Below the pieces are notes generated by a model. The model saw only the letters and a program-made list of their open reading frames with translations. It did no database searches and had not been told where the DNA came from. Below are positions 9,964 through 19,087 of a stretch of DNA of 31,381 bases, piece after piece (within the stretch, counting starts at the first letter, position 1; every line of letters begins with the position of its first letter). The position numbers were made by a program, and so were the translations under genes. This DNA is from a virus (lineage: Duplodnaviria > Caudoviricetes), in the IMG/VR virus record IMGVR_UViG_3300005836_000061, positions 1 to 31,381 of that record; one strand, written 5' to 3'.

Positions 9964-10713
9964 ATGTCTCTAGGACCAACACAGCAGTATCTAGCTAGAT
10001 ATAACGGATACCGATTACCGGGTTATGTTCAAGAAGAGTCACTGGATTCTTCTGCAAATATTGCTACGCATCAGGCTCCGTATGCTGATGGTTCCTTATC
10101 TGAGTATACAGGATTAGAGAATAAGCAGGTATCTTTGACACTTAAAGTATGGGAGCAAGATTATCTATCCTGTAAATTAGCAGTTGGACAGGCTGCAACG
10201 ATATTAAGAAGTAAGAGAAATGGATTTGCACCACTCTACTTGCAGTACTCAGATAGATATTACGAAGCTATGACTACTTCAATCAAAGAAGGAAAAGTAG
10301 CAGGAGAATCTATTAGAACTCTAGCATATCAAGTAGAGTTAGCATGTAAGCCTTGGTTAACAAGTGTTAGTGGTTATACGCTTACTGGAACAACAGTAGA
10401 TACAGATTCAGTATCTCGTACTATTGATAATGGTGGCTGGACTCCAACGACAATCACAGTCACAGGCACGAATGTCACCATCTCAGGGTATACATCAACA
10501 GGAGATTTCGCTGGCTTTATCAGTATTTCGGGAGCAGTAACAAATATGATTATAGATACAGAAAATTACGAATCAACAATAGGGGGCATCAATGCTAATG
10601 ATAGGATGCTGTGGGCTGACTACCAGATGTATGTTGGTCCCGGTAAAACTACTTTTGTTAGTACAGGTGCATCAAGTATGAGTATAAATTATTCGGATAG
10701 GTGGTATCTATAA
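9964..10713 (+). CDS. Distal tail protein (Dit), bare copy
   Basis: Directly after the tape measure gene with SD AAGGAGG. Siphovirus Dit-like pattern: ...ACKPW...NGGWTPTTITVTG...MIIDTE...VGPGKT...YSDRWYL. Confidence 0.75.
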   Translation: MSLGPTQQYLARYNGYRLPGYVQEESLDSSANIATHQAPYADGSLSEYTGLENKQVSLTLKVWEQDYLSCKLAVGQAATILRSKRNGFAPLYLQYSDRYYEAMTTSIKEGKVAGESIRTLAYQVELACKPWLTSVSGYTLTGTTVDTDSVSRTIDNGGWTPTTITVTGTNVTISGYTSTGDFAGFISISGAVTNMIIDTENYESTIGGINANDRMLWADYQMYVGPGKTTFVSTGASSMSINYSDRWYL

Positions 10714-11714
10714 TGGCAGTCGTATTTATGGAAGGTTTTGACCATATCAGTGGTGCCCAAGTTGCACCAAAAGGCTGGACAGGTGGATTTATTGATGCTC
10801 AGGCCGGTAGATTTGGTGGGCAATGTATGAGACATCAGGGCAGTAGTGCCGCACACTCACTGCCGAGTTCCTATAGTACTGCTATTATTGGTGTTGCTGT
10901 ACTCCCTAATGTTAATAATCTTAATGATAATATGGTGGGGTTTCGAAATGGTAGCACTATCGTAGCTGCTGTAAGGGCTGTAACGGTTGGACCTATTAAT
11001 GTGTGGCGGGTTGTTAATTCTGCTGGAACAACGCTAGCAACAGGTACAACATCCATAGTTTTAGGTCAATGGGTTTATATAGAGCTAAAGGTCACTGTTA
11101 GTGCTACGGTAGGAACGGTAGAGGTTCGCCTAAATGGGGCATCTACAGCAGAATGCAGTGCTACAAATGTTAATACAGGCGCTTCTAATATTGATACCAT
11201 TCTTATTTCTGCTCTTAATGCACAAACGTTTTATGACGATATATACATATGTGATACTTCTGGCTCTGCTCCTACTAATGATTTTCTTGGCGACTGTCGA
11301 ATAGAAACATTAAGAGGCACAGCAGAAGGAGCTAATACAGCATGGACAGCTAATACTGGAACCAAAGTGAGCCGCGTTAATGATACATCTAGCTATGACT
11401 CTGATACAGGTTACATTTATAGTAGTACTCCGGGGGACAGAGAAACATTTACAAATGGCTCTTTAGCTACAACTACGGGTACTGTATATGCTGTGCAAAC
11501 AAATGTTGTCGCTAGAAAAGATGGTGCCGCTGCTCGTACCATCGCACCTGTTATTAGAAAATCTGGTGTTAACTATGATGGAACTACAACCGCAGCATTG
11601 GGTGCTAGTTATGTAGATTATATGCAACTTTATGATAGGCAAGACCCAGCAGGAGTAGATTGGAGCATAGCAACAGTTAATGCAATGGAAGTAGGAGTGA
11701 AAGAGGTAGCGTAA
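10713..11714 (+). CDS. Virion beta-sandwich (LamG/concanavalin-like) protein, putative tail-associated adhesin
   Basis: The ATG overlaps the Dit stop (TAATG), a more likely start than the GTG at 10701. The motifs GQWVYIELKV...TVEVRLNG...FYDDIYI are lectin/LamG-like. Confidence 0.6.
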   Translation: MAVVFMEGFDHISGAQVAPKGWTGGFIDAQAGRFGGQCMRHQGSSAAHSLPSSYSTAIIGVAVLPNVNNLNDNMVGFRNGSTIVAAVRAVTVGPINVWRVVNSAGTTLATGTTSIVLGQWVYIELKVTVSATVGTVEVRLNGASTAECSATNVNTGASNIDTILISALNAQTFYDDIYICDTSGSAPTNDFLGDCRIETLRGTAEGANTAWTANTGTKVSRVNDTSSYDSDTGYIYSSTPGDRETFTNGSLATTTGTVYAVQTNVVARKDGAAARTIAPVIRKSGVNYDGTTTAALGASYVDYMQLYDRQDPAGVDWSIATVNAMEVGVKEVA

Positions 11715-11720
11715 ATTACT

Positions 11721-11755
11721 TGCTATAATACAATATAGTTAGGATAATACAATAT
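11721..11755 (+). promoter_or_regulatory. Extended -10 promoter (TGCTATAAT) overlapped by a 12-bp direct repeat
   Basis: Perfect TGnTATAAT at 11721-11729; ATAATACAATAT at 11725 and 11744. Lies in the intergenic gap before the 1420-aa gene. Confidence 0.55.
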
Positions 11756-11770
11756 TAAGAAGGTGAAGTA

Positions 11771-14700
11771 GTGGTTACACAGAATTCGTTTGGACAGGTG
11801 CAAGCCACTATTCTTAACTACGTTCGTGTAACGCAAATAGCCACAGAAGCTCTTGTTACACAAACAGACGCATTAACTAGAGTAACACAGATATCTACAG
11901 AGGCTCTTATTACACAAACCGATGTTTCAGTACGTGTCACTCAAATAGCAATTGAAGTTCTACGACAAAATATACCTAATCGTACTTATGGCCAAGCGCA
12001 AGCAGATATCAAGGCAATAAGTAGAGGATTTGGTCAGGCTCAGGGCTATCTACAGGCTCCATTTTCTGGGGGATTTGGACAGGCCCAAGCAGATATCTTA
12101 CAAACATATCAAGCTTATGCACAATCTCAGGCTGATATCACACAAACGTATAACGGTTATGCTCAGACTCAGGCTGCACTTGTTGTAACACTGCAAGTTT
12201 ACGCCCAAGCGCAATCTAATATTAAATCTACTTCAAATGTTTTTGGGCAATCACAAGCAGATATTCTTGCTACTACTGATACATTTGCTCAGGCTCAGTC
12301 TGATATCAGGGCAACCTATAATGGATATGGCCAAGCCCAAGCAAGCATTATTAAGACGTTCCAAGTTTATGGACAGTCTCAGGCAGATATAAAATCTACG
12401 AATAATGGATTCGCGCAAAGTCAAGCAGATATTAAAACTTCATATCAGACTTATTCGCAATCACAGGGAGATATAAAGGCCTCATATCAAGGGTATGGGC
12501 AATCACAAGCAGCATTAGTTAAAACACTTGTTGCACTCGGTCAAGTACAATCTGATATTAAATCTACTATAAATACGTTTGGTCAGTCTCAATCAGACAT
12601 TAAAGCAATAAGTAATAAGTTTGCTCAGGCTCAGTCGGATACAAAAGTTACAACGAATTCTTATGCCCAGTCTCAGGCTTCGTTAATTAAGACATACCAG
12701 ATTTATGGTCAATCACAGGCAGACATTGATGCTATCACATTAGTATATGGGCAAGCGCAAGCAGATATTTTATCTAAGTCTAATGCTTATGGTCAAGCAA
12801 ATGCTAAGATAATAATTGTCTCTTATAGTTTTGGGCAAGTAAGAGCAGTAATATTCGACGTAGGATTAAGGTCCGCTTTTGCTCAGGCACAGGCTAATAT
12901 ATTAGCAATTACATACCAGACTGCATGGGTCCAAGGTACGATAACTACTACTACACCAAATGCTGCTGTTCAAGCACTCATAAGTAAGAGTGCAGGATAT
13001 GCTCATGTTCAGGCTGTTATTATTCGTTCTATTGCTTGGGCACAAGCAATGGCTCAGATTAAGCGAATACAACTTACAAGAGGTTGGGGACAAGCAAGAG
13101 CCTTTATTCTTAATAAGAAGAAAAATGCGCAAGCCCAAGCATGGATTAGGAGTCGTCCGCAAGCATTTAGTCAGACGAGAGCACTAATTAATTATAGGTT
13201 TGGGTTGGCGCACACCCAAGCACGAATGCTTGGTTTTGGAACAACAAGATATGCACAAGCAAAGGCTCGTATAAGAACTTCATCTACGGCTTTTGCACAA
13301 GCATCAGTTAGAATTAAATCTGCTTATTCTGGGTATGGTCAAGCACAGGGTCAGATTATTCTTGGCAGTCCAAACCGTGGCTTTGGGCAATCTCAGGCGT
13401 ACCTTAATACTTTTGGCTATATACGAACTGGCTTAGCAAGAGCTTATATAAATACAGTTATTATAGAAGATTTGCTTATAAATGCTCATACTTATAGTAT
13501 CAATAGTGGTTACAATGAAACAGCCTTTGTAAATTTTGCTGCTTATGGCAGTGACGTTACGGACCCAGACCCCCTGTACTCAGGACAATTCCCTGCTGAT
13601 GGTACTTGGGAGGACCAATTTGGTGATTTACCAACACAGTCTGCACCTAATGGCTGGGCTTATTTCACACTATCAAGTACAATGTATGTGCACTTTGATA
13701 CACTTACATTTTATGATAGAACCCACGATACAATGCTCGGTCTTTATACGGGAGTATCTGTGCCCGGAGCATGGGAAGTTATTGCGAGTAATGATGATAC
13801 TGTTTTCAATAGTAATCCTACTTATGAATCTATAATAGATACATTATTACCAGCAGGAACATACTTATTGCAAGTAGGAATGTATGCTTACTCTGTAGAA
13901 AGATATCCTACTAAAAAATATTCCTATGTGCGTATAGGAGCATACAGTCCTGTGGGTATAGGGCAAGCGCAAGCATTTATAAAGCCCCCAGTTTACGGAA
14001 TTAATAGTGCAGGACAAGCGAGAGCATCCATTAATCAGCCAAATCCAAGACAGTACGGACAAGTAAAAGCATTAGTAACTAATAAGATGGGATTTGGTCA
14101 AGCAAAGGCTCAAATTAAAGTATTTGGTACTAGTGCTTATGGCCAAGCACAGGCTAGATTGTGGTTGCGATTCTACCCAAGTAATGCTGCTAATGAGTAC
14201 CAAAGAATGGTAGTAGCAGATGGCGCGGCAGCCTACTATACGCTTGGAGAGCCCCTATTACCCGGTGGAACTACTGGTGGAAGCCCTTATCAAAGTTCTA
14301 ATATGCTTTATAAAGATAGGGTTTGGGATAATCTAGACCTTTATGATTTGGAAAGAACCTATGGTACTTCTGGTAATGGTCCTTATGGTGGAGATACTAT
14401 AGGAACCTATGTAGCAACTTTAAATATCTCTAGTTTAAGTTCTTATTTTTCGGAACCTCTGGGAATACCGGGAGCAAAGGCTCCTTCTGGTCTTTTAAGT
14501 AAGGATGAAACCCACAATGGATTTAATCAACTAATTAATTTTGAGCCCTACATACCTCTAAGATTTACAGATTGGGCAATAGAATTCTGGTACAAGACAC
14601 TAGAGTCTATTATTGAAGATGATACTTTAATCAGAATAGGTGGCCCTGATGCAGATGATACTGCTGCTCTTAGCATAGTAAATTCTGCTGGAACATTAAA

Positions 14701-16033
14701 GGTTATAGCAGGACAAGGTGGCTTTATCTTAGAGGGACCAAGTTATGGCGGGTTTGAAATAAACAAGTGGCATCATATCGTTGTTAAAAATGATGGGTAT
14801 CAAAACTCACAAATATGGGTAAATGGTGAATTAGTAGCCAATAAATATGTTCCAACTTGGAATTTTATAGAGGGAGAGCAATTAATTATTGTTCATCCTA
14901 ATGATACTTCTGGAAGTATATTTGTGATGGACCAACTGGCTCTATATGATTGGTTTCTTGAAGATGATTTAATTAGAAATCATTATTTCGCTGGCATCAA
15001 ATTAAATGTAGGCTTTGGTACTGCTATGGCCTACATTCGTCCAATAGTAGGTCTTGGACAAGCCTTAGCGGAGATATTTAATCCGTGGGCTAAAGCATGT
15101 GCTCGGGCATTAATCATAACTGCTCCACATAAAGTAGGGCAGGCACAGGCATACATCAAAGACTGGAATACAGGAATGTCTATGGCGCTTATTACGAGGG
15201 CACACAGCGGCTTAGGACAGGCCCAAGGGCGCATCAGTTTAAAGAGTAGTAAGAGTGGGCAAGCAAAGGCTTTAATAGGCACTACAAAGCCCACAGGACA
15301 GGCACAAGCCTTAATAGACAGCAGCCGATACTTAGTTTCATATAATGGCTATCATTTGCCGGGGTATGCACAGAATGAAACTCTGGAATCAGTTGCCGAA
15401 ATTAAGACATATGGAGAGCCCTATAGAGATAGTACTTTCTCTGAGTATTATGGACTAGTAAATAAGAATCTTACTATTTCTATGTTAGTACGTGGAGAAA
15501 ATTATCTAGACTGTAAGAATCAGATAGAGTTAGCAACTACATTAGTACGAAGTAAGCGAAAAGGATTTGCTCCTTTGTATGTTAACTTCTATGACAGACA
15601 TTTTGAAGCACTAACCAAGTCTGTTAAGACTGATGCAAATACAGGAAATATTTATACATCTATATACTCTGTAGACTTTGAAGCCAAGCCTTGGTTAATA
15701 AGCGACAGTGTAACAACTATTTCCGGGGCATCATTACTGACAACCACAGGACGAACCCTAGATAACGGTGGTTGGACTCCTACTAAATTAATAGTAAGTG
15801 GAACCAACGTAACAGTATCGGGGTACACAGCAACAGGGGACTTTACAGGCTTTGTCAGCATATCAGGAGCAGTAACTAATTTTGAGATTGACAGCGAGGC
15901 ATATGAAACTACAGATAACTCAGTACTAAACAATGCAGACTATGAAATTTATGTAGGTCCGGGTGTTACTAACTTTGTAGTAACTGGGGCAACAGATTGT
16001 ATAATTACATACCATGATAGATGGTACTTATAG
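11771..16033 (+). CDS. Repeat-fibre/Dit fusion protein (RVTQ repeats, GQAQA repeats, PPC-like domain, LamG-like domain, C-terminal Dit paralogue)
   Basis: Long array of [YF][GA]QxQAxI repeats. DTMLGLY...ASNDD...LPAGTYLLQV is PPC-like; WAIEFWYK...KWHHIVV...IWVNG...DQLALY is LamG-like. The last ~235 aa (from ~15326) align with ORF 9964..10713 through the terminal DRWYL. Confidence 0.8.
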   Translation: MVTQNSFGQVQATILNYVRVTQIATEALVTQTDALTRVTQISTEALITQTDVSVRVTQIAIEVLRQNIPNRTYGQAQADIKAISRGFGQAQGYLQAPFSGGFGQAQADILQTYQAYAQSQADITQTYNGYAQTQAALVVTLQVYAQAQSNIKSTSNVFGQSQADILATTDTFAQAQSDIRATYNGYGQAQASIIKTFQVYGQSQADIKSTNNGFAQSQADIKTSYQTYSQSQGDIKASYQGYGQSQAALVKTLVALGQVQSDIKSTINTFGQSQSDIKAISNKFAQAQSDTKVTTNSYAQSQASLIKTYQIYGQSQADIDAITLVYGQAQADILSKSNAYGQANAKIIIVSYSFGQVRAVIFDVGLRSAFAQAQANILAITYQTAWVQGTITTTTPNAAVQALISKSAGYAHVQAVIIRSIAWAQAMAQIKRIQLTRGWGQARAFILNKKKNAQAQAWIRSRPQAFSQTRALINYRFGLAHTQARMLGFGTTRYAQAKARIRTSSTAFAQASVRIKSAYSGYGQAQGQIILGSPNRGFGQSQAYLNTFGYIRTGLARAYINTVIIEDLLINAHTYSINSGYNETAFVNFAAYGSDVTDPDPLYSGQFPADGTWEDQFGDLPTQSAPNGWAYFTLSSTMYVHFDTLTFYDRTHDTMLGLYTGVSVPGAWEVIASNDDTVFNSNPTYESIIDTLLPAGTYLLQVGMYAYSVERYPTKKYSYVRIGAYSPVGIGQAQAFIKPPVYGINSAGQARASINQPNPRQYGQVKALVTNKMGFGQAKAQIKVFGTSAYGQAQARLWLRFYPSNAANEYQRMVVADGAAAYYTLGEPLLPGGTTGGSPYQSSNMLYKDRVWDNLDLYDLERTYGTSGNGPYGGDTIGTYVATLNISSLSSYFSEPLGIPGAKAPSGLLSKDETHNGFNQLINFEPYIPLRFTDWAIEFWYKTLESIIEDDTLIRIGGPDADDTAALSIVNSAGTLKVIAGQGGFILEGPSYGGFEINKWHHIVVKNDGYQNSQIWVNGELVANKYVPTWNFIEGEQLIIVHPNDTSGSIFVMDQLALYDWFLEDDLIRNHYFAGIKLNVGFGTAMAYIRPIVGLGQALAEIFNPWAKACARALIITAPHKVGQAQAYIKDWNTGMSMALITRAHSGLGQAQGRISLKSSKSGQAKALIGTTKPTGQAQALIDSSRYLVSYNGYHLPGYAQNETLESVAEIKTYGEPYRDSTFSEYYGLVNKNLTISMLVRGENYLDCKNQIELATTLVRSKRKGFAPLYVNFYDRHFEALTKSVKTDANTGNIYTSIYSVDFEAKPWLISDSVTTISGASLLTTTGRTLDNGGWTPTKLIVSGTNVTVSGYTATGDFTGFVSISGAVTNFEIDSEAYETTDNSVLNNADYEIYVGPGVTNFVVTGATDCIITYHDRWYL
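11981..13450 (+). repeat. Coding tandem repeat, 14-aa unit with a 56-aa super-period
   Basis: Units such as NGYAQTQAALVVTL / QVYAQAQSNIKSTS / NVFGQSQADILATT / DTFAQAQSDIRATY. N/Q-G/S-Y units recur at aa 128, 184, 240 and 296. Confidence 0.9.
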
Positions 16034-16042
16034 GGGTGAATA

Positions 16043-19000
16043 ATGACTTATCAAGTTCGAATAACAGACCCGGACGGCAGCAATCCAGTTATTTTAGAAA
16101 AAGCAGATAACGTATCTTATAATAAAGTAGTAAATACAACTACTGAAAGTTTAAGTTTTGAATTACCAACATCTGATGGTAAATCTTCTCTGGTTACATA
16201 TGCTAATTTGTGGGAGTTTTGGGATGTATTTGCTAATGAAAGACTAAATAGAGGACCAATACATTCTATCGAAGATACGGATAGTGGTACTCTTAGAATT
16301 TCAGGGCCGGGTAGGTCACAGTTTTTGGCAGACCACATACAAGAGAATTTAATATCTTTCTATAGCCGCCCATCTGACCTTATAAGTGGTCTTAGATACG
16401 AAAACGTAGCTGCAAATCCTGCTGCTAAGACCTACGTATGGGACGCACAAACATCAACTAAAACTATGTTCTTTCCTACTGATGTCACTGTAAATACAGA
16501 AAAATATAATCAATACTATGGACTAAGTAAACAGACTAAAGATAATGCTATTGATAATAATATTGGTTATATTAAGCCGGGAGCCGATAAACCTGTAAAT
16601 ACATATACAACAACAGATTCTTACTGGTCGGGCACAGATGTAGTAGATAGTTTAATTATAGATTTAGGCTCAACATTCCTTATTAACCATGCTTCTATTG
16701 TGTTTGCATGGTGGGGCGGTAATCAAAGAGTTTATGACAGAGGTTATAAGTTTAGATTTTACCATTCAACTGATACAGGAGATTTTGAAACAGTAAATCC
16801 ATCAAACTGGGTTCTTATGTATGAAGATACAGAAGGTAGGAATACAGGTTCCCCCGGAAGTGGTTATAATATTGTATATGGAACAGGAACAAATGCTGGT
16901 AGAACCGTTTATACAGGAACGCAGCCCACTAGTATTCGATACTTTAGAGTAGTTATAACGGGTACTACAGCATGGTATGGCTCTATTTATGATGCTAGCC
17001 CACCAGAAGATAAGTGGGACTTCCAGTGCAATCCTGATACAACCCAAACAAATATTGGACCTTCCGGTGCTTTACAAGTTCCTCCTATGCAGGGTAAAAA
17101 AATCAATGACCGCACACTAGAACCACCAAATGATTGCCATGCATCTATTGTAGAATTTCTAGCATATACAGAGCTTGTGGAAGTCAATCAGATAACTAAA
17201 TTAATTAAACAAAGAATTAAAAATGATAATAAACAAATAAAATATTTTCATACTTGCTCAGCAGGAGATACAATTACTTCCGGGAGTTACAGAAAATTTG
17301 AGCCGGGAGGATTTTTTGAACAAGTAGAATTATCTTATACAGGAGCAAGCTCTAGCTATACAAAGTTCTTTGATAGTGATTGTACTAATTGTTATTCATC
17401 ATTTAATTTTGGAATAGTAGATGATTATAATTCTCTTATATATGCATCTAGCAGTTCATCTGGCTCAAACATTAATTTAACTATACCAAGAAACGCAAGA
17501 AGTTTAACTATGAAGGGGTCAACTACGGCTGTTATTAATAATGTTGATGTATGGCCAACGGTACTAGACCCACTGTCTTGGGGAGGGCAGTATAGTTATA
17601 CTGAAACAGCAGGAGATTACCTATATCTTAACTTTAGGGGTCGTTCTTTCCAGTGGTGGGGAACGGTTCCTGCCGGTAAAACAGCAGGAGTAGCACTGGT
17701 AAAGTTACGCTCACGTAACGACGCTACAGGTGATTGGAATGCATGGACTACCCTAGAATCAGGACTCAATATTCCTGTAGATATATCCTCAGAGATTATT
17801 TATGAAATAGATTATGATAGCGGTATATTAGCAGATGATACCAGTTATCAAGTATATATTGAAAATTTAAATGGTGGCTATATATCTCTAGATAGTTTTG
17901 GGGGCTGGTGGGAAGGGTCTATATTAGACCTTAATGATGATAGTGATAGAATCTTTATTGCCCACCCCGATAACTGGAAGCAAATATATGATAATAGATT
18001 TAGTAATGGTACTATGGGTAAAACAAACTTAAATAGAGGAAGAGGTTCCCTAGGTTTTACTGGTGATAGATTACAGATTTATTCTGCTAAAGGAAGAAAT
18101 CATGGGAAGATTTCTATCTCAATGTCATCTAGTCCTACTGGCACACTTAATCAGTGGGACCCTACAGGAGAACAAAGAGTATTCATTCCGGGAGGGGACC
18201 CATCTAGTGGGACCTTAACAATTGATTTAGATACTGGAAAGAAGGGCAATGAAGCACCTAATGTATTGATATTTGATACTGACTCTCTAACTGGGTGGAA
18301 ATATGGCCCTAGTGGTACCCCGGTAGATTCATTACGCTGGAAAGGCTATCAGGTAAGTTTTGAATTATTTTATTATGAAAAATATTATACAGATGCATTA
18401 CAAGAGGATACGGACCAGTTTGTAGCGCGGTGTAGTGATTGTAATCCTCCAACAACAGGCACAGATTATATCAATAAATACATTTATTTAGATGGTATGT
18501 CACTGCATGAAGTTGCTAGAATGAGTGGTAGTTGGAAACTTCAAACCAATATTGCTATAATAGCATCAATAGCAGAAGCTTTACAATTAGAGTGGGACAT
18601 TGGTGAGCAGGGGTTAACAGTTTTACCGCGTATTGGTACTGATACAGATATTATTTTAAAGGAAGGTATCAATACGGTTATCTCATCCCAAGTGGTAAAG
18701 GATGGCCAGAAGATGGCAACACAGTTGTATAGCTCTGGGGCAGATATTGACGGATTACCTTTATTCTCTATTGTTGAAGATAGAAAGAATAGAGAAGTAT
18801 TAGGACGTACTGTGCAGCGGTTACAGGATTATAGGGATTTAGCGGATTATTTTACTCTTATTGGAGTTTCTAGAGCAGAGTTAGTACGAAGACGAGAACC
18901 AGAATATCGTATTGATGTTACGCATGTTGGGTATAAATATGGATTAAATGCAGGGGATAGTTTTATAGTTAAAAAGAATGCCCAAGACCCTATAAGGGCT

Positions 19001-19087
19001 AGAATAAATTCGCTGATTATAAATCAATCAAAATCTTCTGGTATAACGTATAGTTTGGAGTGTGTTAAATGGCCTCCGATAGTTTAA
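16043..19087 (+). CDS. Baseplate hub/Tal-like protein with inserted carbohydrate-binding-like domains
   Basis: Follows Dit. N-terminal hub pattern (SLSFELP...LWEFWD...RGPI) and C-terminal hub pattern (RIGTDT...ILKEGIN...ATQLYSSG...LNAGDSFIV). Discoidin/F5-8C-like insert (IIDLG...RYFRVVIT...SIVEF) and two F(R/T)G-x-x-(F/L)Q beta modules. Confidence 0.7.
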   Translation: MTYQVRITDPDGSNPVILEKADNVSYNKVVNTTTESLSFELPTSDGKSSLVTYANLWEFWDVFANERLNRGPIHSIEDTDSGTLRISGPGRSQFLADHIQENLISFYSRPSDLISGLRYENVAANPAAKTYVWDAQTSTKTMFFPTDVTVNTEKYNQYYGLSKQTKDNAIDNNIGYIKPGADKPVNTYTTTDSYWSGTDVVDSLIIDLGSTFLINHASIVFAWWGGNQRVYDRGYKFRFYHSTDTGDFETVNPSNWVLMYEDTEGRNTGSPGSGYNIVYGTGTNAGRTVYTGTQPTSIRYFRVVITGTTAWYGSIYDASPPEDKWDFQCNPDTTQTNIGPSGALQVPPMQGKKINDRTLEPPNDCHASIVEFLAYTELVEVNQITKLIKQRIKNDNKQIKYFHTCSAGDTITSGSYRKFEPGGFFEQVELSYTGASSSYTKFFDSDCTNCYSSFNFGIVDDYNSLIYASSSSSGSNINLTIPRNARSLTMKGSTTAVINNVDVWPTVLDPLSWGGQYSYTETAGDYLYLNFRGRSFQWWGTVPAGKTAGVALVKLRSRNDATGDWNAWTTLESGLNIPVDISSEIIYEIDYDSGILADDTSYQVYIENLNGGYISLDSFGGWWEGSILDLNDDSDRIFIAHPDNWKQIYDNRFSNGTMGKTNLNRGRGSLGFTGDRLQIYSAKGRNHGKISISMSSSPTGTLNQWDPTGEQRVFIPGGDPSSGTLTIDLDTGKKGNEAPNVLIFDTDSLTGWKYGPSGTPVDSLRWKGYQVSFELFYYEKYYTDALQEDTDQFVARCSDCNPPTTGTDYINKYIYLDGMSLHEVARMSGSWKLQTNIAIIASIAEALQLEWDIGEQGLTVLPRIGTDTDIILKEGINTVISSQVVKDGQKMATQLYSSGADIDGLPLFSIVEDRKNREVLGRTVQRLQDYRDLADYFTLIGVSRAELVRRREPEYRIDVTHVGYKYGLNAGDSFIVKKNAQDPIRARINSLIINQSKSSGITYSLECVKWPPIV

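Noticed and set aside
11981-12830. 42-bp periodic DNA pattern as a CRISPR-like array
   Set aside because: The repeats are degenerate at synonymous positions, lie in an open frame and have no repeat-spacer structure.
11981-13450. Resemblance to ice-nucleation protein or curli repeats (GYG motif, super-period, Arg-rich distal coils)
   Set aside because: The period is 14/56 rather than 16/48, and there are no TxT/SLT ladders or CsgA-type Q-x4-N spacing. This is an analogy only.
10426-15880. DNA similarity between 10426-10545 and 15761-15880 as a possible DGR template/variable repeat pair
   Set aside because: Mismatches are largely third-position and not adenine-specific, both copies are inside coding Dit domains, and no reverse transcriptase is in the window.
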